DNA of 53,498 bases from contig JALGVU010000003.1 of the NCBI GenBank assembly GCA_025774545.1, forward strand, positions 1-53,498, in the 5' to 3' direction. The DNA is from a bacterium (lineage in GTDB: Bacteria; Joyebacterota; Joyebacteria; Joyebacterales; Joyebacteraceae). Below the pieces are notes generated by a model that worked only from the letters and a program-made list of their open reading frames with translations, had not been told where the DNA came from and searched no databases. This document shows positions 19,082 to 33,761 of this stretch, in pieces. The first letter of the stretch is position 1. Every line of letters starts with the position of its first letter. The translations under genes were made by a program, and so were the position numbers.

Positions 19082-20383
19082 TCATCGGCCGTCCGGGCCG
19101 CCGTCGGACTCGCGGTCGACGACGACGCGCCCTCGTTTCACAACAGTCCTCGCGAGATTGACTCCGTAGTGATACGGGATCGCCCGGTGATCGTCAACCT
19201 CCCAGATCACGAGATCACAGAGCTTCCCCGGCGCGATCGAGCCGACCTCGTCCGCCGCGCCCACGGCGACCGCGGCGTTCACGGTCGCGGCCGTGATCGC
19301 CTCGGCCGGTGTCATCCTGAGCATCATCGACGCGAGCGAGATGATGATCTGCATCGACTCGGTCATCGAGCTCCCGGGGTTGCAGTCGGTGGCGAGCGCC
19401 ACGGGCACGCCTAATTCGATCATCGTTCTCGCCGGAGCGAAATCCGTCTTACCGAGCGAAAGCGTGGTGCCCGGGAGAAGAACGGCCGGCACGCCGGCCG
19501 CCGCGAGCGCGCGGATCCCGCGTTCGGAAACACAGACGAGGTGGTCGGCCGACGCGGCCCCGAGCTCGGCGGCGAGCTCAGCCCCGCCGGACGGGTGGAG
19601 CTCGTCGGCGTGGATCTTGGGCGCGAGCCCGCGGGCGCGCCCCGCCTCGAGGACCTTTCGCGACTGTTCGACCGTGAAGACGCCCTCCTCGCAGAAAACG
19701 TCGCAGAACCGAGCCAGCCTGCGCGAGGTCACCGCCGGGATCATCTGGTCGGCCACGTGCGAGACGTAGCCGTCCCGATCGTCGCGCCACTCGTCGGGGA
19801 ACTCGTGCGCACCCAGAAACGTGGGCACGACGTCGATCGCGTGGGACTCGCCGAGCTCGGCGATCACCTTGAGCGTCTTGATCTCGGCGTCGAGTGAGAG
19901 CCCGTAGCCGCTCTTCACCTCGGCCGTCGTGGTGCCGTGGGCCATCATCCGGTCGAGCGTCGCACTCCCGACGTTCAGGAGCTCGTCCTCGGTCGCGGCC
20001 CGAACGTACCTGACGCTCGAGCGGATGCCCCCGCCGGCCTCCGCGATCTCCTCGTAGCTCCTTCCCTCGATTCGCATCGCGAACTCGTCCTCGCGCGTCC
20101 GCGCGAAGACTGCGTGGGTGTGAGGATCGACCAGCCCGGGACTCACGGTCGAGCCGCGGGCGTCCAGGACGACGGCGTCGCGGCCGGCGCGGTGATCCCC
20201 GATCACCTCGCGCTCCGTCCCGACGGCGACGATCCTCCCCTCACGACAGGCGATCGCGCCGCCCCTGATGATCGACAGGTCGCGCGCGGCCTTGCCGACG
20301 CGGCCGCCCGGCGGGCCGTCGAGTGTCAGAAGCTCGCCCACGTTCATCACGATGAGATCGACGGGCTGCCTGCCGTCTCCCAT
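19082..20383 (-). CDS. hutI: Imidazolonepropionase
   Basis: PGLVDPHTH, EVKSGYGL, FLGAH, DVFCE, KIHADEL, SADHL, ATDCNPGS. Confidence 0.95.
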   Translation of the reverse strand: MGDGRQPVDLIVMNVGELLTLDGPPGGRVGKAARDLSIIRGGAIACREGRIVAVGTEREVIGDHRAGRDAVVLDARGSTVSPGLVDPHTHAVFARTREDEFAMRIEGRSYEEIAEAGGGIRSSVRYVRAATEDELLNVGSATLDRMMAHGTTTAEVKSGYGLSLDAEIKTLKVIAELGESHAIDVVPTFLGAHEFPDEWRDDRDGYVSHVADQMIPAVTSRRLARFCDVFCEEGVFTVEQSRKVLEAGRARGLAPKIHADELHPSGGAELAAELGAASADHLVCVSERGIRALAAAGVPAVLLPGTTLSLGKTDFAPARTMIELGVPVALATDCNPGSSMTESMQIIISLASMMLRMTPAEAITAATVNAAVAVGAADEVGSIAPGKLCDLVIWEVDDHRAIPYHYGVNLARTVVKRGRVVVDRESDGGPDGR

Positions 20384-20450
20384 GGTGCCCTCGTTTCCGG
20401 TCCCTCGGGATCGATCGGCCGCGTTCGTCCTGGCGTGCGGCCCTGTCCCG

Positions 20451-22118
20451 TCAGTCCAGCATCGGGATCTTGATTCCGTGCTTCCTCGCCGTCTCCTTCG
20501 CGAGGTCGTACCCCGCGTCGACGTGGCGCGCCACACCCGTGCCCGGATCGGTGGTCAGCACCCGCTCGAGCCGCGCGGCCGCCTCGGGCGTGCCGTCGGC
20601 CACGATCACCATGCCCGCGTGGAGCGACTTCCCGATCCCCACGCCGCCGCCGTGGTGGAACGAGATCCAGCTCGCCCCGCCGACGGCGTTCAGGAGCGCG
20701 TTCAGGATGGGCCAGTCCGCGATCGCGTCGCTCCCGTCGAGCATGCCCTCGGTCTCGCGGTACGGCGAGGCGACAGAGCCGCTGTCGAGGTGGTCCCTGC
20801 CGATCACTACGGGCGCCGAGATCTCCCCGCGCGCCACGAGATCATTGATCGCGAGACCGAAGCGCGCGCGCGCGCCGTAGCCGAGCCAGCAGATCCTCGA
20901 CGGGAGTCCCTGGAAGCGCACCTTCTCACGCGCCATCGCGATCCAGCGCCCGAGGGGCTCGTCGTCCGGGAACTCCGCGAGCACGAGCTCGTCCGTGCGG
21001 TAGATGTCTTCGGGGTCGCCCGAGAGCGCGACCCAGCGGAACGGGCCCTTCCCCTGACAGAAGAGCGGCCGGATGTACGCGGGGACGAAGCCGGGGTAGT
21101 CGAAGGCGTCCTCGACGCCTGCCTCCTTCGCCTGTCCGCGGAGGTTGTTCCCGTAGTCGAACGCGACCGCACCCCTCCGCCTCATCTCGAGGATCGCCCG
21201 CACGTGGTCGGCCATCGACTGCATCGACCGGGCGATGTAGCTGTCGGGGTCGCTCTTCCGGAGCGCGAGCGCCCTCTCGAGCGTCATCCCGCCGGGAACG
21301 TAGCCCGTCAGGGAATCGTGCGCCGACGTCTGGTCGGTCACGACGTCGGGCGTCACGCCGCGTCGAACCAGCTCCGGAAGAACCTCGGCGCAGTTCCCGA
21401 CGAGCCCGACCGAAAGCGGACGACGGCCTCGCACCGCGCCGTCGACCATGCCGAGCGCCGCGTCGACGTCGTCGACCATGCGATCGCAGTATCCGGTGTC
21501 GAGCCGCTTCTGGATCCGCGCGGGGTCGACCTCGACGCAGAGACAGACGCCTTCGTTCATCGTGACGGCGAGCGGCTGCGCGCCGCCCATGCCGCCCATG
21601 CCGCCAGTGAGAACGACCCTCCCCGCGAGGCTCCCCCCGAAGTGCTGTCTCGCGAGCTCGGCGAGCGTCTCGTAGGTCCCCTGGAGGATCCCCTGCGTCC
21701 CAATGTAGATCCAGCTCCCCGCCGTCATCTGGCCGTACATGATGAGACCCTTGCGCTCGAGATCGCGGAAGACCTCCCACGTCGCCCAGTCACCGACGAG
21801 GTTCGAGTTCGCGATGAGCACGCGGGGCGCGTCGAGGTGCGTGCGGAAGACCCCGACCGGCTTCCCCGACTGGACGAGGAGCGTCTCGTCCGCTTCGAGC
21901 GCCCTCAGGGACCTCACGATGGCGTCGAAGGCCTCCCAGTTCCGGGCCGCCTTCCCGCTCCCCCCGTAGACGACCAGCTCGCTCGGGATCTCGGCCACCT
22001 CTGGGTCGAGGTTGTTCATGATCATCCGGAGGGCCGCCTCCTGCAGCCAGCCCTTGCAGGAGATCTCGGTCCCCCGCGGGGCCCGGACGACGCGTGCAGG
22101 CGTGGTCTTCCTCTCCAT
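20451..22118 (-). CDS. hutU: Urocanate hydratase
   Basis: [52 protein letters not shown]. Confidence 0.97.
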   Translation of the reverse strand: MERKTTPARVVRAPRGTEISCKGWLQEAALRMIMNNLDPEVAEIPSELVVYGGSGKAARNWEAFDAIVRSLRALEADETLLVQSGKPVGVFRTHLDAPRVLIANSNLVGDWATWEVFRDLERKGLIMYGQMTAGSWIYIGTQGILQGTYETLAELARQHFGGSLAGRVVLTGGMGGMGGAQPLAVTMNEGVCLCVEVDPARIQKRLDTGYCDRMVDDVDAALGMVDGAVRGRRPLSVGLVGNCAEVLPELVRRGVTPDVVTDQTSAHDSLTGYVPGGMTLERALALRKSDPDSYIARSMQSMADHVRAILEMRRRGAVAFDYGNNLRGQAKEAGVEDAFDYPGFVPAYIRPLFCQGKGPFRWVALSGDPEDIYRTDELVLAEFPDDEPLGRWIAMAREKVRFQGLPSRICWLGYGARARFGLAINDLVARGEISAPVVIGRDHLDSGSVASPYRETEGMLDGSDAIADWPILNALLNAVGGASWISFHHGGGVGIGKSLHAGMVIVADGTPEAAARLERVLTTDPGTGVARHVDAGYDLAKETARKHGIKIPMLD

Positions 22119-22212
22119 GGCTCGTCTCCTTCGGTGTGCGCGTCGAGCGGCACGTCCGGCTCCCGCCGCGCGCCTCCGTCGACCGGTCGCACCGCGCTCG
22201 GCGGGGGATCGG

Positions 22213-25071
22213 TCAGGGCGTCGCGTGCGCCGCGTGGATCGTGCCGAGAGCGGACAGCAGCTCCCGCTCCGTCTCCGCGATGATCGCGTTCGTCGGGAGC
22301 TCGGCCAGAAGCCTCTGCCCATACGCGCGCGTCTTGAGCCTGCTGTCCAGGAAGATGACGGCCCCGGTGTCGGTCGTCGACCGGATCAGGCGACCGAACC
22401 CCTGCCTCAGGCGGATCGCCGTCCTCGGGATCATGTACCGGCTGAAGGAGTTCTCGCCGTCGGCCTCGTACCGCTCGCAGTGGGCCGAGACCACGGGATC
22501 GACGGGCACGGGGAAGGGCAGCTTCACGATCACGAGCTGCTCGAGCGAACGACCCGGCACGTCGACGCCCTCCCAGAAGCTGCTCGTCGCGAGCAGGACG
22601 GAGTCGACCTCCCTCGCGAACTGCTCGAGGAGCGCCGACGCGCCCCCGCCGTGGCCCTGCGCCATCACGAGCTTGTCGCGCGCGGTGAGCGGATCCCGGA
22701 CCGCCTTCCACACGGCGTCCAAGGCCGATCGCGCCGTGAAGAGAACGAGCGTGCCGCCGGTCGCGCGCGTCGCCAGCGTGACGACGAGATTCGCGACGAT
22801 CTGGTTGAACCCCGGCGACGACGGCGGGGGCAGGTGTCCCCCGACGACGGCTATCGCCTGTCGGTCGTAGTCGTACGGGCTCCCGACGTTCAGGGTGATC
22901 ACCCTCCAGTCCGGAAGGAGATCGAGCCCGAGCCGCTCCATCATAAACCCGAACGACTCGTCGACCGTGAGCGTGGCGGAGGTCGCGATGAGCGAATCGA
23001 CCTTCGAGTAAAGGAAGTCGCCCATGAGCTCGGCGACGCTCACCGGCGCGCTCCTGAGCTCGCACTCCAGGTTGTCGCGGAACGTGCGGACGTCGAGCCA
23101 GAAGACGCTCGCGTCGTCGGCCGCCTCGGCGAGGTACTGGAGATCGGACGCGAGCTCGCGGGCCCGGCCGGCGTGGAACGTCAGGTTCTGGACCACCGAC
23201 TCGCTCCTCGAGAGGTCGGTGTCGAGCACGAGGTTGGCGAGCGCCTCCGCCCCCTCGGCGACGACCGAGAGCGCGCGCAGGAACTCTGGGAGCTCGGGGG
23301 CGAGAATCGGGCCGACCGGTTCCTCGGAGCCGTACCGGAGCTTCCCGAACTCGACGGCCCTGCCCTGGTTCAGCTCGACGTGCCGCTCCTTGAGCGCGGC
23401 AAAGAGGGCCTCCGTGGCCGTCTGCGCCTCTCCCACGCCGTCGGCAAGCCGTTCGGCGGCGACCCTCGTCGTCGAGAGGATCCCGGCGTCGTCGCCCTTC
23501 CCGAGATCATCGAGAAGCTCCGCCAGGTCTCCGCTCTCGACGCCGTCCTTTCGGTAGAGGTTGTCGAGCATGGCCCTCGACCGCCAGACGCTCGCGCGCT
23601 TGCCCAGATGCTCGGTCGCGACCTGCTCGATGTTGTGCGCCTCATCACAGATGACGTACGAGTAGTCGCCCAGGATCCTGTTCTCGGTCTCGGTGTCGCT
23701 GAAGAGGAGCGAGTGGTTCACCACGACGACGTGCGCCGCCTGCGCCGCCCGGCGCGCCTGCATGAGATAGCACCGGTCGTTCATCGGGCACCGCTGGCCG
23801 AGACACGGCCCGCCCTCGGCGGAGATGCGGTTCCAGAGGTAGCCGCGGCTCCTGAAGGCGGCGTTCTCGCCGATGTCGCCCGAGTTGGTCTCCTGCTCCC
23901 AGACGACCATGGGAAGAAGCTCGGCGCGTTCGGCAGGCGAGAGTCCCTTGTCGATCATCCTGTGCCACCGCTCCAGACAGAGGTAGTTGCTGCGGCCCTT
24001 GAGGAGCGCGGCGCTGAACTCGACGTCGAGCGTCCGCTCGAGGAACGGCACGTCCTTCAGGAAGAGCTGCTCCTGGAGGTTCCTCGTGTTGGTCGAGACG
24101 ATGACCCTCTCGCCGTTCGCGACGGCGAAGGAGATCGAGGGAACGAGGTAGGCGAGCGACTTCCCGACGCCGGTCCCCGCCTCGACGACCAGGTGCACGC
24201 CGGCCGCCAGCGCGTCGCCCACGGCCCTCATCATCGAGAGCTGCTCGCGCCGCTCCTCGTAGTCGGTGAGCCCTCGAGCGATCGGACCGTCCTCGTCGAA
24301 GAGCGACTCGAGCCGGTCGAGGTCGATCCCCACCCTCTCCTCGAGAGGGAACCGTGGCAGATCGATGCGCCTGGCGTTGTCGTACCGAAGGAGGCGTTCC
24401 TCCTTCTCCCCGTGGTGGGGAATCGCGAACGGGTCGAGCCTCCCCTCGGTGCGCTCCCTCGCGGTGTCGATCAGCTTCTTCGTCTCGCCGCGCGCGAGCG
24501 CCGACATTCGACCCAGCACGGCGGAGCCGAGCTGATCGAGGATGTCGACGAGCGCGAGGTAGAGAAGCGCCACCGCGAGCGCGTCGTCGTACGCGCGGTG
24601 CGCCCGCTCGTGGACGATTCCAAAGAACGACACCAGGGTCGCGAGCCGGTGATTCGTGAGCCGAGGCAGGGTGGCGCGCGCGAGCGCCAGGGTGTCGATG
24701 ACGCCGCCACGGCCGACGAGAAGCTCGGGCCGATTCGCGGCGGCCGCCGAGAGGAAGTCCAGCTCGAACGAGGCCTGGTGCGCGACGAACGGATCCTCAC
24801 CCAGGAACTCGATGAGATCGGGGAGCACGTCGTGGACGGCGGGAGCGCCCTTGACGTCTGCGTCGGTGATGCCCGTGAGATACGTCACGTCGGGCGGAAT
24901 CGGACGGCCCGGATCGATGAGGCGCTCGAACCGCTCCACGACCTCGCCGTCGACGACCCGCACGGCCCCGATCTCGATGATGAGATCGGCCGTCGCGTCG
25001 ACGCCGGTCGTCTCGAGGTCGATTCCCACGAATCGGCGCGGGTAGTCCGCCGGGAACGCAGGAGCGGTCAT
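22213..25071 (-). CDS. dinG: DnaQ-like 3'-5' exonuclease / DinG helicase fusion
   Basis: N-terminal DLETTG..HRAYDDA exonuclease; [29 protein letters not shown]; four Cys for an Fe-S cluster; start MTAPAF overlaps the thiC stop. Confidence 0.92.
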   Translation of the reverse strand: MTAPAFPADYPRRFVGIDLETTGVDATADLIIEIGAVRVVDGEVVERFERLIDPGRPIPPDVTYLTGITDADVKGAPAVHDVLPDLIEFLGEDPFVAHQASFELDFLSAAAANRPELLVGRGGVIDTLALARATLPRLTNHRLATLVSFFGIVHERAHRAYDDALAVALLYLALVDILDQLGSAVLGRMSALARGETKKLIDTARERTEGRLDPFAIPHHGEKEERLLRYDNARRIDLPRFPLEERVGIDLDRLESLFDEDGPIARGLTDYEERREQLSMMRAVGDALAAGVHLVVEAGTGVGKSLAYLVPSISFAVANGERVIVSTNTRNLQEQLFLKDVPFLERTLDVEFSAALLKGRSNYLCLERWHRMIDKGLSPAERAELLPMVVWEQETNSGDIGENAAFRSRGYLWNRISAEGGPCLGQRCPMNDRCYLMQARRAAQAAHVVVVNHSLLFSDTETENRILGDYSYVICDEAHNIEQVATEHLGKRASVWRSRAMLDNLYRKDGVESGDLAELLDDLGKGDDAGILSTTRVAAERLADGVGEAQTATEALFAALKERHVELNQGRAVEFGKLRYGSEEPVGPILAPELPEFLRALSVVAEGAEALANLVLDTDLSRSESVVQNLTFHAGRARELASDLQYLAEAADDASVFWLDVRTFRDNLECELRSAPVSVAELMGDFLYSKVDSLIATSATLTVDESFGFMMERLGLDLLPDWRVITLNVGSPYDYDRQAIAVVGGHLPPPSSPGFNQIVANLVVTLATRATGGTLVLFTARSALDAVWKAVRDPLTARDKLVMAQGHGGGASALLEQFAREVDSVLLATSSFWEGVDVPGRSLEQLVIVKLPFPVPVDPVVSAHCERYEADGENSFSRYMIPRTAIRLRQGFGRLIRSTTDTGAVIFLDSRLKTRAYGQRLLAELPTNAIIAETERELLSALGTIHAAHATP

Positions 25072-26357
25072 TCGGATTCCCCCTCGCGGACGGCGGTCAT
25101 CTTCTTGATGGCGCAGAACTCGCCGCACATCGTGCACAGGTTCGCGTCGGAGGGATTCGAGGAGTCCCGGTACGCCTTCGCCTTCTCCTCGTCGAGCGAG
25201 AGGCTGATGACGGTGTCCCAGTCGAGCGCCTTGCGCGCCGCCGAGAGATCGTCGTCCCACTGCCTCGCCCCCGGGACGCCCTTCCCGATGTCGCCCGCGT
25301 GGGCCGCGACGCGCAGCGTGTAGACGCCCTCCCGGACATCGTCGACCGTGGGGAGCCTCAGGTGTTCGGCCGGCGTCACGTAGCAGAGGAAGTCGGCCCC
25401 GGCCATGGCCGCGACGGCGCCGCCGATGGCCGCGGCCACGTGATCGTAGCCGGGCGCCACGTCGGTCACGAGCGGCCCCAGCACGTAGAACGGGGCGCCC
25501 CTGCAGAGCGACTTCTCGAGCTCGACCGACGCCTGCACGAGCTGGAGCGGGACGTGCCCCGGCCCCTCGACGATCGCCTGGACGTTCCGCTCGCGCGCGC
25601 GCTCGACCAGCTCCGCGATGACCGTCAGCTCGGCCACCTGCGCCGCGTCGTTCGCGTCGGCGAGCGCGCCGGGACGAAGGCCGTCGCCCAGCGAGAGCGT
25701 GACGTCGTACTCGCGCGCGATGTCCAGAAGGTCGTCGTAGCGTTCGTAGAGCGGGTTCTCCTTCCCGTTCTTGGACATCCACTCCATGAGGAAGGCGCCC
25801 CCCCGCGAGACGACGTCGGCGAGGCGAGGCGTCTTGCGGCAGTGTCCGGCGACCTCGAGCGTCACCCCGCAGTGCACAGTGACGAAGTCGACCCCGTCGC
25901 GGGCGTGATCCTCCACGGCGCCGAGCATGTCGTCGGGCGTCATGTTGACCATGCCGAGGCCCTCGCCGCGCGCCCGCACGGCGGCCTGGTAGATCGGAAC
26001 CGTCCCGACGACCACGGGCGATCGATCGATGATGGCCCGCCGGATCTCGTCGAGATCGCCTCCGGTCGAAAGATCCATGACGGCGTCGGCGCCGGCCTCG
26101 ACCGCGGCGTCGAGCTTCGTGAGCTCAGTCGGAAGATCCGAGGCGTCGGCCGACGTCCCGATGTTCGCGTTGACCTTGGTCCTGAGACCCTTCCCCAGCC
26201 CCACCGGTCGATGCGAACTCACCCTGTTCTTGAGGACGACGACCGTTCCGTCCGCGACGCGCGGAAGGAGCTCCTCGACGGAGATCCCCTCGTCGCGCGC
26301 GACCTCTCGCAGTTCGTCCGTCACGCGGCCCGCACGGGCCGCCTCCATGAGCAACAT
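25068..26357 (-). CDS. thiC: Phosphomethylpyrimidine synthase ThiC (ThiC/Bza radical-SAM family)
   Basis: KVNANIGTS, MDLSTGG, SRGG, SLGDGLRPG, EGPGHVP, PGYDH, CYVTPAEHL, CTMCGEFC. Confidence 0.88.
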   Translation of the reverse strand: MLLMEAARAGRVTDELREVARDEGISVEELLPRVADGTVVVLKNRVSSHRPVGLGKGLRTKVNANIGTSADASDLPTELTKLDAAVEAGADAVMDLSTGGDLDEIRRAIIDRSPVVVGTVPIYQAAVRARGEGLGMVNMTPDDMLGAVEDHARDGVDFVTVHCGVTLEVAGHCRKTPRLADVVSRGGAFLMEWMSKNGKENPLYERYDDLLDIAREYDVTLSLGDGLRPGALADANDAAQVAELTVIAELVERARERNVQAIVEGPGHVPLQLVQASVELEKSLCRGAPFYVLGPLVTDVAPGYDHVAAAIGGAVAAMAGADFLCYVTPAEHLRLPTVDDVREGVYTLRVAAHAGDIGKGVPGARQWDDDLSAARKALDWDTVISLSLDEEKAKAYRDSSNPSDANLCTMCGEFCAIKKMTAVREGESE

Positions 26358-26378
26358 GATCACCTTCCTTCGCTGCGA

Positions 26379-30285
<3,907 letters not shown>

Positions 30286-30337
30286 GCCGTCATCGCCCCG
30301 GCGCCGCGGCCCCGCGGCGCCTCGAGGCCGTCCTCCC

Positions 30338-33300
30338 TTAGAAGAAGGCGCTCACTCGAACGTCGACCGTGTGGCGCGTTTCGCTCGCGGGCCTCCGCTC
30401 GCCGACGTACGAGAGCGAGCCCGTGAGATAGCGGTTGAACCGATAGTCGCCCGACAGGCGCCAGTCGCCGGACACCCCCGGCTGCCGCCCGTCGCCGAGG
30501 TGCAGCGGAAGAACGGCCTCGGAGGCATCGACGTCGGTCCGGGTGAACGAGGCCGTCACGGCCCCCCGCCCGGCGATGCGGTAGGTCACGCTGGGGGTCA
30601 GGCGCACGAGCGTCACGTCGACGCCGTCGAGGGCCTCTTCCTGCCGCCCGATCGACGCGGTGAACCTCGCGTCGATCCCGCCGCCCTTCCTGAGTCCAGC
30701 CTCCGCGAGAAGGGTCCGCTCGTCGATCTCGTAGCTCCGCCCAGCCTCCGTTGCGTCACGGCCCCGCCGCCCCAGGCTGCCCTCGAGCCGGTACGACACG
30801 CCTCCTGGGCGCGACACCTTCACGTCGACCGTCCCCCTCCGCTCCTCCCTCGTGTCGGCCGCGTTCGCGTAGCTCCGATCGAGGCCGTCGCGCGTCACGA
30901 GGGCGGAACGCACGGAGAGCGCCCCGCCGGGCCTCACGTACCGGAGGACGTGGCGCCCCGTGATGTCGCCCCTGACCGTGTCGTCGCCCTGGATCACGGA
31001 CGGATCGAGCAGGTAGAGCCGCCGCTTGTCGCCGGTGGTCGTGCTCTCCCGGAGCTTGAGGCCGCTCTCGAGCGAGAGGGCCGCGAGAAACCGGCCCACG
31101 GCCGACGGCTCCGGAAGGCCGCCGCCCCGTCGCGAGCCGCGTCCGAACTTGAGGCCCCACTTCATGCTGGCCGAGAGGTCGGTCACGGGAAGGTACCGTC
31201 CGGTGGAGACGATCCTCGTGATCTCGACCCCGTCCTCCTCGTAGACGAACCTCTCCTTCTCCTCGACCTCCGTGGACGTGACGGCGTAGTGGAGCTCGCC
31301 CGAGACGGCGCCCCCGAACGATCGATGGCTCGCCCTCACACTCGCGATGTCGTAGCGCGCGCTCGGCTTCGTGGCGCCCTCCTCGGCCTCGGTCCTCCTC
31401 CGCACCACGCTCCCCGTGAGCGAGAGCGCGTCCGAGCCCGTGAGCCCCAAGCGGAGCTCCTGCGTCGTGGTCGTCGACTCCCGCGCCCAGCTCCCGTCCT
31501 CGGTCCGGTCGGTCAGGCGGTGCGCGTAGGAGATCCCGTACGAGAGAGCGCCCTCATCGGCGCTCTCGAGCGAGCCCTCGTACTCGTCGTAGCGCACCCC
31601 GTCCCCGCCGGCCGTCCTCGAGTCGTGCGTGTAGGAGACACCCGGCCTCACCGCGCCGACGGCCTGCTCGAACCCGGCTCGGTAGAGCGAGCGCTTTCGT
31701 CCCTCGCCCGCGTCCCCGCGGTCGAGGTCGACGAACCGTCCGTCGGCCCACAGCCTTCCGCGCTCGGTCGGCTTCGCCTCGACGGCGAACTCCGTCTTCG
31801 TGGACTCGACGTGGTCGCCGCGCTCGAGCCGCGCGACCGAGAGGTCGACCCGCCCGCCGCCGTCCGAGGCGAGCGTGGTCGTCGCTTCGGCGAGAAGCTC
31901 CTCCTCCGGAAGATCGAGCCCCTCGAGTTCCCACTTCTCGACGTAGCGTACGCCGCGGAACCTGCCGACGCCGTGGAAGTTCCCCCCGACGCGCCTCACC
32001 CGCGCCCCCACCGTGAGCTTCACGTCGGGGAAGGCGGGGACCGAGATCCCGGGAAGCGCCGCCTCGAGGATCTCGGCGTTGCCGAGGTTGTCGCCGTCCC
32101 CAACGTCCGCGAACGTGTTGCGATCGAGACTGGACACGGCGGCCTCGGCCGAAACGAAGCCGCCCCCCGCGAGGTCGAGACGGCCGTCGAAAGCCGCGAG
32201 GACGTGATCGGTCGGGAGCGGCAGGGCCTTGCCCAGCCGGTAGGAGCCCTCCCCCTCCCCCTCCCCCACGTGGACGTAGCGGTCTTCCTCGAAGTCGTAG
32301 TCGTAGTCGCCGTCCTCGTCGCGCTCAAAGTGAAGATCGTAGGCTCCGGAGTCGGGGCCCGCGTACTCGAAGACCCCGTCCTCGACCAAGACGTAGTCGC
32401 CCTCGCCGACGCCGACCGAGTCGACGCCGTCGTCGTGCGCGAGATCGACGTCGTCGCCCGCCGCCTCGAGAATGGCGATGTCCGAGTCGGTGAGGACGAC
32501 CGAGGAACCGGCCCCCCGATCGTCGGTCTCGCGGAAGAAGCTCGCGCCGATCGCGAGCGAGCCGTCGAGGAGGGACGCGTTCGCCCGGCCGCCGTAGATG
32601 TCGCGCTCGTAGTCGCCCGACGCGTACTCGTAGTCGACCGTGATCTCGTCGTCGCTCGTGATGGGACGGCGCTCCGTGAACTCGATCTCACCCGACGTGT
32701 AGCTCACGACGTAGTCGTTGTCCCTGCCCCTCCTGAGCCGGTCGCCGTTCAGCCAGACCCTCTCGCTGCCGGCGACGACCGACACCCCGGCCGCCCCGAA
32801 GCGGTCCGTGAGAAGATACGCGCCCTGCTTGCCGTCGACGCCGCGGAACGTCGCGCTCGAGAACTCGCCCGCCGATCGCGCCCCGGCGAGGAGGAGACCG
32901 CGCTCGGGTCTTCCGATCTCGACGGTCGCGCCCGAGAGCTCCCTCCGGAAGGTCGCGAGGGCGCCGCCATCGATCTCGAGGTCGTAGTCGCCCATCCTGG
33001 CGCTCACACCTTCGCCCTCGATCTCGACGAGCACCTTGTCGAGGGCCCGGAGCTCCTCGGTGTCGCCCTGCGGCACGAGCGGCGTGTTCTGGTCGGTGAG
33101 ATAGGCGTTCACCGACACGTCGCGCGTGACGTTGCCTGCGATGTTGAGGCGGAGCGACTGCTCGAGGCTCGGGTCGCGATTCGATCCCACGCTGATCCCG
33201 AAGGTCTTCGCGCCTCCGACCCGGAGGCCCGAGGATCCCGGTGGTTCGGGCGGAGCGGCCTCGCTGTCCTCGACGAGGCGCGCCCGCTCGTCGAAGCCCG

Positions 33301-33751
33301 GCGGCAGCGCGGCGAGCGACTCCAGCACGGCCCGGCGGTAGACGGCCGAGAGCCCGAGGGGCAGGAAGCGGTAGCTGACGTCGATTCTCGAGGTCTCGGG
33401 GACGGTGCGCTCGAAGGTGAGCCTTCGCGACTCGTGGTCGATGACGTAGTCCAGGTCCCGCTCGATGAGGACGCGATCGACCGTGACGCTGTCGCTTCCG
33501 ACGACGATGAAGACGTCGGGGAGCGTCACGCCGCCCGCCGCCTCGGCGCCCGTGAGGGACAGGACGCGCCGCCCGCCCTCGCGGACGATGGACCCGGCGG
33601 ACGACCGGTCGGCTCCCTGGGACTCGTCCGCCGCGGCGGACGACGGGTCGGCGCCGCGGGGCTCCCCGGCCGCGGCGGCGGCCGTCAGAAGAAAGACGGC
33701 GACGGCAAGCGATACCCCACCCGTGAGGTGGGGCCGCCGCGTCTCGGGCAC
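30338..33751 (-). CDS. Large (~1140 aa) uncharacterised outer-membrane protein; start uncertain
   Basis: Signal-like AVAVFLLTAAAAA; GISVGSNRD..LEQSLRLNIAG..DQNTP..GDTEEL..LDKV block I recall from a conserved FCB hypothetical family; long amphipathic C-terminal half ending VSAFF. Confidence 0.75.
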   Translation of the reverse strand: MPETRRPHLTGGVSLAVAVFLLTAAAAAGEPRGADPSSAAADESQGADRSSAGSIVREGGRRVLSLTGAEAAGGVTLPDVFIVVGSDSVTVDRVLIERDLDYVIDHESRRLTFERTVPETSRIDVSYRFLPLGLSAVYRRAVLESLAALPPGFDERARLVEDSEAAPPEPPGSSGLRVGGAKTFGISVGSNRDPSLEQSLRLNIAGNVTRDVSVNAYLTDQNTPLVPQGDTEELRALDKVLVEIEGEGVSARMGDYDLEIDGGALATFRRELSGATVEIGRPERGLLLAGARSAGEFSSATFRGVDGKQGAYLLTDRFGAAGVSVVAGSERVWLNGDRLRRGRDNDYVVSYTSGEIEFTERRPITSDDEITVDYEYASGDYERDIYGGRANASLLDGSLAIGASFFRETDDRGAGSSVVLTDSDIAILEAAGDDVDLAHDDGVDSVGVGEGDYVLVEDGVFEYAGPDSGAYDLHFERDEDGDYDYDFEEDRYVHVGEGEGEGSYRLGKALPLPTDHVLAAFDGRLDLAGGGFVSAEAAVSSLDRNTFADVGDGDNLGNAEILEAALPGISVPAFPDVKLTVGARVRRVGGNFHGVGRFRGVRYVEKWELEGLDLPEEELLAEATTTLASDGGGRVDLSVARLERGDHVESTKTEFAVEAKPTERGRLWADGRFVDLDRGDAGEGRKRSLYRAGFEQAVGAVRPGVSYTHDSRTAGGDGVRYDEYEGSLESADEGALSYGISYAHRLTDRTEDGSWARESTTTTQELRLGLTGSDALSLTGSVVRRRTEAEEGATKPSARYDIASVRASHRSFGGAVSGELHYAVTSTEVEEKERFVYEEDGVEITRIVSTGRYLPVTDLSASMKWGLKFGRGSRRGGGLPEPSAVGRFLAALSLESGLKLRESTTTGDKRRLYLLDPSVIQGDDTVRGDITGRHVLRYVRPGGALSVRSALVTRDGLDRSYANAADTREERRGTVDVKVSRPGGVSYRLEGSLGRRGRDATEAGRSYEIDERTLLAEAGLRKGGGIDARFTASIGRQEEALDGVDVTLVRLTPSVTYRIAGRGAVTASFTRTDVDASEAVLPLHLGDGRQPGVSGDWRLSGDYRFNRYLTGSLSYVGERRPASETRHTVDVRVSAFF

Positions 33752-33761
33752 GCGGGCTCGA

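Noticed and set aside
22119-22212. Possible repeat or hut regulatory element upstream of hutU
   Set aside because: Only weak cgtcga.cgg similarity; no recognisable operator or attenuator
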